A stretch of 64,000 bases of DNA from Patescibacteria group bacterium (GTDB taxonomy: Bacteria > Patescibacteriota > UBA1384 > UBA12157 > JAENIV01), in the NCBI GenBank assembly GCA_041666185.1, contig JBAYHL010000004.1, forward strand, positions 105 through 64,104, given 5' to 3'. The number at the start of each line of letters is the position of its first letter. The stretch's first letter is position 1. The notes under the pieces are model-generated. The model was given only the letters and a program-made list of their open reading frames with translations, did not search any database and was not told where the DNA came from. This document shows, piece by piece, positions 9,101 to 19,206 of the stretch. Both the position numbers and the translations under genes were made by a program.

Positions 9101-11529
9101 GTGGTTGGAGCAACAGTCAGGTTGTTGTAAGCATAAGTAATAATGTTTGTACTAGAACCAGTTCCCGTATAAGTGAAAGTTGAGTTAGTGCCTTTATTGA
9201 AAATAGCCACTGATATAGGACTTCCAGTTCCAGTTAAATTTAAATTATAACCACCACTTCCCATGTTAAAACTATAAACCATAACTCGGGTTGCTGTAAT
9301 ACTTGAGCCCAAAGTAATTGTAGCTAATCCAGAATCTAATGTTCCCAAATCATCAGCATTTGAAGAAGAATCTGTCAGAGTCGTTGTGCCATCAAAGTAA
9401 AATAAGCCAGAACCCCTTATAAATATAGCAGTACCGGTATTATTCCAGTGTCCGGCAAAATTCATGTTCAAATTATTGGAATCGAAAGTGCCAGCCGAGT
9501 TGGTAAAAATGCCATTAACATCAAGATTATTGGTTATAAGCTGAAGCGTTCCAGTTCCAGAATGAGTAAGATTATTAAAAAATTTTCCAGCATCTACACC
9601 ACCAGAGCTTAAGGTTTGAGTGCTAGAAGCTTTATTGAAAATAACTGTTGAAGTGTTAGCGGTGAAAGTACCTGAATTAGCCCAGTTTCCAGTACAGGTA
9701 ATAGTTGAAGCATTTGCTGTCAAAGTTCCAGCAATAGTAACGTTGCCAGTAACCGTAATATTTCTATTAGTCGTTCCATCATTAGTTGTTAGGGTGCCAG
9801 CGGTCACATCTAAATCACCATTAACCGTGGTTGTAGCAGTGGCTGGTAATCTGAATGTGCCACCCGTACCATTAATTTTTAAATTATAATATGTCCAATT
9901 TCTAATGTTTCTTGTACCAGAAGTGGCAGAATACTCAACCGTGCCGTGAGCTGTGTCATTTGTTAAGCTGACAGTTGTTTCGTCACCAGTTTGTTTTAAT
10001 GTGCCATTATTAGTAAAAACACCCGTAACAGTAAGATTGTGACCATTAATGTCTAATGTTTTACTTGCTCCTATAGTTAAAGTACCAGAAGCAGTAATAT
10101 CTGCTCCGGCAGTTAAACTTGTGCCATTCAAATTCATGACAGTGGATGTTGTTATTGTATTAGCACCTTGAGTAATGGCACCTATGTAAGCAGCTTGAAA
10201 ATCAAGCGTTGCAACATCAATAGCAGTATCAATTGTTAACGCGCCATTGTGAGCGCTGCCGGCATTGTCAAAAATGGCTGTATCTCCGGCTACTGGCACT
10301 GTTGCGCCACCCGTACCGCCAGATGTATCTGACCAGTTAGCAGTATCATTCCAATTGCCGCTTGTGTTATTAATCCAGTAGCGAGTAGCTGGGCCAGAAG
10401 AAGTTGCTATGCTATTGTCGAAATAAACATTGTAAGGACTAGCAGCACCGTTAGTCCAAGAAAGAAAAGCTTTGCTACCAGTCGTTTGATAACTTGCAGA
10501 AGGGCTAACATTGGTTCCTGTTCCATAAAGAGATGTGGCGGCGGCATCCCAATTGGCTAAAGCATAAGGAGAAACACCTTTTTTGTAATATATTGTATTC
10601 GTGTTTGCATAAAAAGCGTAAAGATCGCCAGACGCTGTATCTATAGTAATTGAAGGATGGGTAGCACTACCAGATTGAATTGTTACAGCACTCGACCATG
10701 TCCCGGAATATTTTGTGTAATAGATTGAACCGGAAGAAAGATATTCTAAATGAATATTGCCCGATGCATCTGATACTAAAGAATAGTCTGTGGTCGCGGT
10801 GCTGACCACAGTAGTTGCAGAAGCATCCCAACTAGAGCTAGCATTAGTATATTTTTTCCCAGCTAAAGTAGTTCCGCTAACCCAGGCTGCATATATATCT
10901 CCTCCTGTAAGAGGAACAATATTAACGCTAGTAAGGTCTGTGCTAAGAGTGTTAATAGCATCCCAAGCAGTTATGTCATTAACATTCGTTGATCTTCTGG
11001 CAAAAATTCCACTTGCTCCATAACCACCATCATCATAAGGCCAAGCCACCCATATTTTGTTGTTTGTATCCTGAGTAATAACGGGAGCACCAGTAATCGA
11101 ATATGCACCACTTGCTGTCACGGGAGAACCCCATGTAATAGAGGTAGCAGCGGCAGTGCCTTGTCTGACATTAAGAACGATCCCATTTGATGTTGCAAGA
11201 TATACAGTTGTGCCGTTGGCCCAAATTGAAAAATCAGAAGTATTTTCAGCAATTGTGCCTGTTCCATTCCATGTCACTCCATCAGTTGAGTATTTGTAAG
11301 CAATAGCCGAGCCATTATAATAAAACGACCAATAGGTAGAATTCGTGCTGTCATAAAAGCTCTTTCTATATTCGGCTCCAGTGGTGGCACTAGCGCTAGT
11401 TGATGTTCCAATCGTTACTGGCGCTGCGTAAGCAGTTTCATAAGGAGGACCAAAAATACCATAAACTATGGTAAATAATAAAAAAATTAGTAGAAAAAAT
11501 TTATAAATATTGCGTACCGGAATTATCAC
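6124..11529 (-). CDS. Giant (1801 aa) cell-wall-associated surface protein: Asp-box/BNR N-terminal region, long Thr/Ser/Asn/Gly-rich beta-helix-like repeats, FN3-like modules, two C-terminal peptidoglycan-binding domains
   Basis: Signal/TM at the N-terminus. The Asp-box motif is YSTDGVTW. A ~70-aa unit (FTKSSGTQTLDSGGTG.GK.FNN.THSGAG.LQL..N.) occurs three times. The C-terminus has PG_binding_1-like ...LQERLVSEGFLDSRYVTGYFGFITQKAVIEYQ and VLRYLGYFP...GSITKQAVFLYQ. It has a GTG start with an AAGGAGG RBS, ~80 nt downstream of 5S. Confidence 0.85.
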   Translation of the reverse strand: MIIPVRNIYKFFLLIFLLFTIVYGIFGPPYETAYAAPVTIGTSTSASATTGAEYRKSFYDSTNSTYWSFYYNGSAIAYKYSTDGVTWNGTGTIAENTSDFSIWANGTTVYLATSNGIVLNVRQGTAAATSITWGSPVTASGAYSITGAPVITQDTNNKIWVAWPYDDGGYGASGIFARRSTNVNDITAWDAINTLSTDLTSVNIVPLTGGDIYAAWVSGTTLAGKKYTNASSSWDASATTVVSTATTDYSLVSDASGNIHLEYLSSGSIYYTKYSGTWSSAVTIQSGSATHPSITIDTASGDLYAFYANTNTIYYKKGVSPYALANWDAAATSLYGTGTNVSPSASYQTTGSKAFLSWTNGAASPYNVYFDNSIATSSGPATRYWINNTSGNWNDTANWSDTSGGTGGATVPVAGDTAIFDNAGSAHNGALTIDTAIDVATLDFQAAYIGAITQGANTITTSTVMNLNGTSLTAGADITASGTLTIGASKTLDINGHNLTVTGVFTNNGTLKQTGDETTVSLTNDTAHGTVEYSATSGTRNIRNWTYYNLKINGTGGTFRLPATATTTVNGDLDVTAGTLTTNDGTTNRNITVTGNVTIAGTLTANASTITCTGNWANSGTFTANTSTVIFNKASSTQTLSSGGVDAGKFFNNLTHSGTGTLQLITNNLDVNGIFTNSAGTFDSNNLNMNFAGHWNNTGTAIFIRGSGLFYFDGTTTLTDSSSNADDLGTLDSGLATITLGSSITATRVMVYSFNMGSGGYNLNLTGTGSPISVAIFNKGTNSTFTYTGTGSSTNIITYAYNNLTVAPTTPTTYSLTGNLTGTKAMSGNLTVNANATLDLRPSTIDYNLTAVNVTINGTLDASDSLSTIAVGGNWSNAAGGVFVSGSSTVNFTKSSGTQTLDSGGTGVGKIFNNITHSGAGILQLLTNNINIDGDFTNSAGTFDVNSRDMTVAGSWSNTATFDKETRTVTLDGGATGKTINGGASGFYTLTVNGAGGGWTLNTSNLTTIRNLNVTAGTLNTGTVSLGSASILSSATTITINGGVLIGGSGSIVGKIFNVTNGTFTAGSGQVNVGSFSVFGSYTHNGGTVDWTTNNATFAYYAYGSNILPNDIYHNINLYNSAALAEEQSVTYSLSGTTVAEGNLSLYVLSIGPNTLDISSNILTVNGDITINLNTILFATSGTINVGGNWINSGTFTPGSGIVDFTKSSGTQTLDSGGTGIGKLFNNLTHSGAGTLQLSTNALNIDGNFTNSDGVFNADGLNINMAKNWNISGGSFTAGTTPGTQTITFDSTNAAAISGSTTFNNLIMDTSVDGAKTITFAAGATQTINDTWTLDGSVGNVLALRSSVPDTAWYFVISGDMISGDYIDVSDSQNINNAFRITPGDNVTDSGNNNPGWNFFPPDAPTIGTPEAISVAAIRWKFTDVNPNEVGFKVYDATDTLKATCVGVDLTSCDEVGLSVNTEYSGRYVVSYNDSGQSPHSGTAASTYTLANVPLASTVNRSSSTSLKVIINVNGNSAATQFAISNEALGKYVQADGSNGDTAVWQDYATWGEATGITNTGLVHSTTYAYRVKARNGNNIETAVSPSSSETTLSQGHGSKSSKPTPTPIPSTSPSSQESGQQSSFRFNNDQAPYFSGDNQANVRILQNVLRYLGYFPFWVDSTGFYGSITKQAVFLYQKSKAIVASWWDWGAGFFGPRTRAALNEDIENGIIPNCAIEGTCDDSNKVYFPYDLDIESSGYYVTKLQERLVSEGFLDSRYVTGYFGFITQKAVIEYQNYHNIDTSQGGAGRVGPKTREILNN
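7700..9640 (-). repeat. Three intragenic coding repeats (~210 nt each, at ~7700-7925, ~8650-8860 and ~9430-9640) inside the giant surface-protein gene
   Basis: A 29-nt stretch gaatcaagagtttgagtaccagaggattt is identical at 7883-7911 and 8822-8850. The third copy, at 9604-9633, has diverged. The antisense ORFs at 7616-7843 and 8588-8782 both end in ...SC.(I/V)PAPE, mirroring the repeat. Confidence 0.8.
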
Positions 11530-11621
11530 AACCTCCTTTTTTCGTCTCTTACATTATACAAAAAATTTACAGATATTACTAACCTAGGAAATATAAGTAC
11601 TAAAAAATCCCTCGTAAGCTA

Positions 11622-11743
11622 AGTGCTGGCGTCGATCTACTTTCCCGGGACCTTGCGGTCCGAGTATCATCGACGCTATGGTGCTTAACTTCTCTGTTCG
11701 GAATGGAAAGAGGTGTACCCACCACGCTAAAACACCAGCACTT
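11622..11743 (-). rRNA. rrf: 5S ribosomal RNA
   Basis: The reverse complement reads AGUGCUGGUG...CCGAACAGAGAAGUUAAGC...CGCCAGCACU, with helix I ends pairing and the conserved CCGAAC...GAAGUUAAGC loop. Confidence 0.85.
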
Positions 11744-11865
11744 AAATTGCGAAGGATTATATTAACTTACAACTTACAATCACCAACTACAACAAGTTGT
11801 AGATTGTTTGTTGTGAATTATTAGTTATTTTTCATCAGTACCTTAGTAGTTGTTTCGTCAAAAAA

Positions 11866-14780
<2,915 letters not shown>

Positions 14781-14893
14781 CAACTACCAAGGCACTGATG
14801 ATTCTGTTGTTAAAGTAGCCAGATTACTGGATAATCGGATGAATAGAGCAATCTCTAATCCTCTGATTATCTAACAACCTTTATTTATGATGT

Positions 14894-14918
14894 TAAAAAA
14901 ACCGCCTTGACGGCGGAC
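14894..14918 (-). terminator. Rho-independent terminator downstream of the pilin-LTD gene
   Basis: The minus strand reads CCGCCGUCAAGGCGG followed by UUUUUUU. Confidence 0.6.
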
Positions 14919-15052
14919 AAAACACAAAGTTAGCTTAAAAAAGCTTACGTTGTTAGCCGCGCGCCCCCTCTCCTAGATTGTCTTTTCCATACATCAGTTT
15001 TAACTCCTTTTTGATTTTAACAAGACCTTTGATTATTGTCAATAGTTTTCTA

Positions 15053-16213
15053 TTAAAAAGAACCTGGATTTGGACTTGCGTCATCGACAAAGCCACTGGT
15101 TGCACTAGTTCTAGCCAATGAATGGCCTTCAGCAACATCGGCTAAATGAGGAAGGGGTGTTGCAGTTGTTCCCCAGCTTAATTGATCAACTACCTGATCA
15201 TATGGATTCTTCAATTCAAGAGAGTCGCCATTGTTGTTTAAAAAAAAAGCGCTTGCTACGAAAATTTTTGCGTCAGGATATCCTGGCCATTTAGCAATAA
15301 ACCCCACTCCTGTAGTAGGTATTATCATAGCGAACTCATGAGACCCAATAGTAGTTGTGCGACCAGCAGCTTTTTCGAGTCCGGCTATATTGCCTACAGA
15401 TCCATAGAGGGAAGAAATTTTCCATCCATCCATATCAACAGATCCAGACGTTGGGTTGTAAAGTTCAATCCATTCAAAACTTTGTTCCATACCATCATTC
15501 CCCCCTGGTCCATAACTTCCTGACGGACCTTTGTCTGGGGCAACATCGTAATAAACCTCAGAAATTATCACATTCCCACCATTACTAATTGCTGGGGGAG
15601 GAGGATCTGACGGCTTCCATGTAGAGGCATCTAAACTATAAACTTCATACATTTTTGACGAAACACCAGTAGACGGCATTACTCCGCCATCATTAATCAT
15701 TAGTTCGTTTCCTTCTTCCAACCGTGCCATCAATTTGTAACCTGAACCATTAGAACCGTAATAATAGGCATAGGTTTCTGTTGTGCCCGCTTCATCACTA
15801 TAAGCTTTACCTTGAAGAGGATCTTGTGGTAAAGGTGATAAATAAACTTTTAAAATATTATGAAGCGAATTAGCGTTGTCAGTAAACCAAGAACGCACAG
15901 TCGCTGACGAATCACAACTTGCCTCGCATGTATTACTACTTAAAACCCAACTTGAACCAGTGCTTGGATAAGTACCTTTTTCATTTTTATATGTCTCTAG
16001 CGCTCCACGAATTGCATCCAAATTAGTAACTCTTTTACTGTCACGACTTTTTCTTCTGGCAGGAGCAAGACTAGTAATTACAAGACCAGCAACAACCACA
16101 ACAATCATTACCACTACTAAGAGTTCTATTAAGGTAAACCCCGACACCAATCGATGATTGGTTGTGGGGGTAAAACTACGTTTTTTTTGCTTAAGATATT
16201 TTTCTTGTCGCAT
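15053..16213 (-). CDS. Type IV pilin / pseudopilin with a C-terminal lamin-tail domain (LTD)
   Basis: Class III (prepilin) signal: basic leader then G|FTLIELLVVV. The C-terminus has LTD motifs VIISEVYYD, EWIELYNPT..VDMDGWKI and NNGDSLELKNPYDQVVDQLSWG. Confidence 0.85.
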   Translation of the reverse strand: MRQEKYLKQKKRSFTPTTNHRLVSGFTLIELLVVVMIVVVVAGLVITSLAPARRKSRDSKRVTNLDAIRGALETYKNEKGTYPSTGSSWVLSSNTCEASCDSSATVRSWFTDNANSLHNILKVYLSPLPQDPLQGKAYSDEAGTTETYAYYYGSNGSGYKLMARLEEGNELMINDGGVMPSTGVSSKMYEVYSLDASTWKPSDPPPPAISNGGNVIISEVYYDVAPDKGPSGSYGPGGNDGMEQSFEWIELYNPTSGSVDMDGWKISSLYGSVGNIAGLEKAAGRTTTIGSHEFAMIIPTTGVGFIAKWPGYPDAKIFVASAFFLNNNGDSLELKNPYDQVVDQLSWGTTATPLPHLADVAEGHSLARTSATSGFVDDASPNPGSF

Positions 16214-16327
16214 TTTTCCCCATTTATATTTATATCTTAAACTTTTTATTTTTTTTAATCAATAAAAAAATGGAGAAAAATTACTTTTAGCAAAAATTTC
16301 TCCATTTTTTCTCTGTTACTTAACAGA

Positions 16328-17020
16328 CTATTTTAATTCTTTACGAATTTTTTCCAAAATGTCTTGGGCCACGTCTTTACCGCCCAAACCAAAAGCAAGT
16401 CCACCAGCAATTGCCAAGAAAGCTACCAAACCAATAAACATGGTTCTAATAAGCGCTTCGGCAATACCTAGTTGGACCAAAACAGCCAAGAATGTGAAAA
16501 CAATAATTGCATAACGGACAATTGCTGCAATTGCGTCTGACATGGCAAAATCAGCTGCCGCCATGGCACCTTTAATCACATTTGACAAGAAATGAGCTAA
16601 AACTAACCCAATAAGCAAAATGGCACCAGCAGCAACAGCTGTTGGGACATAAGCAAGAATCTTGTCTAAGAATAATGCGACATCAGGCAATTTTAAGGTA
16701 TTAGCAGCCGCAATAAAGACAACTAGATAAATTATCCATTTAGCTACTGACGACAATAAAGCTGTTGTGTCTTTATCAATATTGCCTTTTTTCAAAACAT
16801 CTTCGACTTTAGCTTTTTCAAACAAGGTTTGTAAACCAATAATTCGAAAAAGTCGGTCGATAACAATCGCAACAATTATACCAATAAGCCAACCAATAAC
16901 TAAAATGATAATTGCGCCAATAAGATTAGGCAAGAAATTTACAAAACGATCCCAAATTGCTGTCCAACTGTCGGTTACCGCAGTTGTCCAATCTTGTAAA
17001 ACCATTTTTTCCTCTTTCAA
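16328..17020 (-). CDS. Polytopic membrane protein with MscS-associated 'TM-helix' type repeats (function unknown)
   Basis: 230 aa with repeated hydrophobic segments and short K/E-rich termini. Family assignment is weak. Confidence 0.5.
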   Translation of the reverse strand: MKEEKMVLQDWTTAVTDSWTAIWDRFVNFLPNLIGAIIILVIGWLIGIIVAIVIDRLFRIIGLQTLFEKAKVEDVLKKGNIDKDTTALLSSVAKWIIYLVVFIAAANTLKLPDVALFLDKILAYVPTAVAAGAILLIGLVLAHFLSNVIKGAMAAADFAMSDAIAAIVRYAIIVFTFLAVLVQLGIAEALIRTMFIGLVAFLAIAGGLAFGLGGKDVAQDILEKIRKELK

Positions 17021-17216
17021 AAATTAGAACTAAACTCTCGGATAGCTCGACCTCACTTTCTACCTTAATTAGATATTAAATTAAGGTAGCTCTATCCACA
17101 CTCAAGATATTTCAGATTTGAATATAATTCAAGAAGTTTGTCAAGAGCAAGGAGTATTTTAAAAGGGATGTATTAATACATCCCTTGTTTGTTTGTATAC
17201 CTTATGTTGTAGCAAT

Positions 17217-17795
17217 TTACTTGACAAAAACCCTATTCACCGCATCCCATATTCGGACAATACCAGGATGAGCCTGGACACCTAGTAACTTTTGTCTGTT
17301 AAACAATACTATTCCTTTTTCCGGATAATATTCGCTCGCTCGCAAATGATTTTGAGCGAAAGCCAATTCTTGCGGCGTCATTTCGAAAGCAAAAGTGTCT
17401 GCGAAAACATGCATTGAATATCCACCGACACCATCGGACCAAAGATATTGCTGAATATCACTAGAAGCGAAAAGTCTTCTTAGCCTTTCGACACCAATCA
17501 AAAGGCCCGTGTCATCTTCAAAGTGACGACGAGCGGTTTCCAGCAAAGACTCTCCAGGATTCATACTGCCACCATAAACCCACCATTCATTTTTAGCGGG
17601 CTTTATGCATCTTTTGGCTAAGCAGAGATTGATCTGACGCGTTGGCCGATCATACATCCAAGGCACAACATCACAGCAATGGTAAACAAGTCTCGATACT
17701 GCTCGAGGATATTCTTCGTCAGTTAGTCTAACTTTTGACGGTTGATAACCGTTTTCTACAAAAACACTGCCACCAATAGCTCTGTATTTTTCCAC
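17217..17795 (-). CDS. NUDIX-family hydrolase
   Basis: It has a Nudix-box-like GGSMNPGESLLETARRHFEDDTGL. GC is visibly higher (~45%) than the flanking DNA. Confidence 0.7.
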   Translation of the reverse strand: MEKYRAIGGSVFVENGYQPSKVRLTDEEYPRAVSRLVYHCCDVVPWMYDRPTRQINLCLAKRCIKPAKNEWWVYGGSMNPGESLLETARRHFEDDTGLLIGVERLRRLFASSDIQQYLWSDGVGGYSMHVFADTFAFEMTPQELAFAQNHLRASEYYPEKGIVLFNRQKLLGVQAHPGIVRIWDAVNRVFVK

Positions 17796-17884
17796 AACAA
17801 GGTAACCTCCTCTTTTAACTATTAGAACATGTTACTATACCATAAAAACCCCTTTTCGTCAAGGATTTTAGAGAAGTTGCAACC

Positions 17885-17912
17885 TTGACATTTTGGCAAT
17901 AACAAGTATATT
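17885..17912 (+). promoter_or_regulatory. Sigma70-like promoter for the C-type lectin gene
   Basis: TTGACA (17885-17890), a 16-nt spacer, then TATATT (17907-17912). An AGGAG RBS lies 8 nt before the ATG at 17945. Confidence 0.45.
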
Positions 17913-17944
17913 AGAATAAGTTCTTTAACAGATAGGAGACGAAC

Positions 17945-18694
17945 ATGAAAAAAGTTTTGTTTACCGCTCTTGCTTGCACAGTGTTTTCTCTGCCAAGCAA
18001 TATTTATGCTAGTAGTCATTCTTGGGTATTGTGCCCTCTTAATGGTCACTACTATTCCAAAACAGTTTCACCAGTAATGACATGGAATGAAGCAGAAACT
18101 GAAGCAATAAGTGTTGGTGGTCATTTAGCTACTATTCGCAATACAGCAGAAGAAGAATGGATACTCAAAACTTTTCCGCCAGAAAGACTCTGGATAGGGT
18201 TGACAGATTCAGTCTCGGAAGGTAATTGGTTATGGACTAGTGGTGAACCGGTTACTTACACCAATTGGTCAGCTGGCCATCCTAATAATTCTTCCGAAAA
18301 CCAAGATTTTGCTACAATTTGGGGATCACCACCAACATATCCCGCATACTGGGAATCGCGTTCTGGATACGAAAGAACATCTGGAATAATAGAGATAACA
18401 TCTCTACCGCTGCAAATTGTAAATCTTTTTGGTACAATTTATCAAAAAGATTTACAAGAGCAAGTCATTACAGCACCAGATGTCTTTATAGACATCCTGG
18501 ATGTGAATAGAGAACATTTTGTAGTGTCTGGCAAAACTGATGGTAACGGCAAATTCACTATTCTTGCTGATAACTGGCAAGATAGTACATATATCATTCG
18601 GATAAGAAAAACTGGTTACAAAACAAAAGAAGTAGGGGCTACTCTAAAGAATAGTTCCTCAACACCCTTTTCGACAACATTGGAAACAGAATAA
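17945..18694 (+). CDS. Secreted C-type lectin domain (CTLD) protein with a C-terminal carboxypeptidase-regulatory-like beta-sandwich
   Basis: Signal peptide. CTLD hallmarks are WNEAE..A...GGHLATI, WIGLTD, EGNWLWTSGEPVTYTNW, GHPNN and QDFATI. One of very few plus-strand genes here, and GC is slightly elevated. Confidence 0.85.
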   Translation: MKKVLFTALACTVFSLPSNIYASSHSWVLCPLNGHYYSKTVSPVMTWNEAETEAISVGGHLATIRNTAEEEWILKTFPPERLWIGLTDSVSEGNWLWTSGEPVTYTNWSAGHPNNSSENQDFATIWGSPPTYPAYWESRSGYERTSGIIEITSLPLQIVNLFGTIYQKDLQEQVITAPDVFIDILDVNREHFVVSGKTDGNGKFTILADNWQDSTYIIRIRKTGYKTKEVGATLKNSSSTPFSTTLETE

Positions 18695-18713
18695 ATAGAC
18701 AGATCCTTACTTT

Positions 18714-18751
18714 GGTCAATCAGAGATAACTTCAAGATTGACCTTTTTTAT
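18714..18751 (+). terminator. Bidirectional rho-independent terminator between the lectin gene (+) and the receiver gene (-)
   Basis: GGTCAATC...GATTGACC hairpin followed by TTTTTTA. Confidence 0.6.
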
Positions 18752-18766
18752 TCTTAAAATATTTTT

Positions 18767-19186
18767 TTACTCTAAATACTGTCTAATTTTGTCTACCACT
18801 TGATTTGGCGTAAGATTTGCTTTCACTAAATAGTCGTCGGCACCAAGTTTTCTTGCCATATTAATATCTGTAGCATCACCAAGATTAGAAAAAACGATAA
18901 CTGGTTTTTTGGAAGCTGGCCATCCAGAAGAACGAAGCTGTTTTAAAACATCAAGGCCATTAATTTTCGGAAGTATCAGATCAAGTAAAATCAGATCGTA
19001 ATCAATGGATCCTAATTTTTGAATTGCCTCCAAACCATCGAAAGCACTATCCATTTCAAAACCTTCCATAGCTAGCTTGTCCTGATAGGCTCTGACTAAC
19101 ATTCTATCATCTTCGATGAAAATAATTTTTTTTCTTGTTTGCTGAAATTGACCAGACTGATCTCCATTGTTTTGATTGTTTGTCAT
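18767..19186 (-). CDS. Stand-alone response-regulator receiver (CheY-like) protein
   Basis: 139 aa with the acidic pocket DD and phospho-acceptor D (LILLDLILP), T/S (VIVFSN) and K (LVK) signatures, and no output domain. Confidence 0.9.
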   Translation of the reverse strand: MTNNQNNGDQSGQFQQTRKKIIFIEDDRMLVRAYQDKLAMEGFEMDSAFDGLEAIQKLGSIDYDLILLDLILPKINGLDVLKQLRSSGWPASKKPVIVFSNLGDATDINMARKLGADDYLVKANLTPNQVVDKIRQYLE

Positions 19187-19206
19187 ATTCCCTCCATTTT
19201 TATTTT

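Noticed and set aside
7700-9640. Possible CRISPR array suggested by regularly spaced repeats
   Set aside because: The repeats are ~210 nt coding units spaced ~950 nt apart inside one ORF, not 25-40 nt direct repeats with unique spacers. No cas genes are present anywhere in the window.
7211-11023. Plus-strand ORFs of 64-89 aa (7211, 7616, 8588, 9620, 10790) inside the giant minus-strand gene
   Set aside because: They are antisense frames of a low-complexity Thr/Gly/Asn-rich coding repeat. Their repeated ...PAPE endings simply mirror the sense-strand repeats. They have no independent start or RBS context.
17030-17200. Imperfect long inverted repeat (ggatag...ctaccttaatt / aattaaggtag...ctatcc) and a perfect palindrome gggatgtattaatacatccc between the NUDIX and membrane-protein genes, considered as a possible MITE or operator
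   Set aside because: It was a single occurrence in the window with no second copy or target-site duplication seen, so I did not list it as a feature. It most simply acts as terminator/attenuator hairpins downstream of the NUDIX gene.
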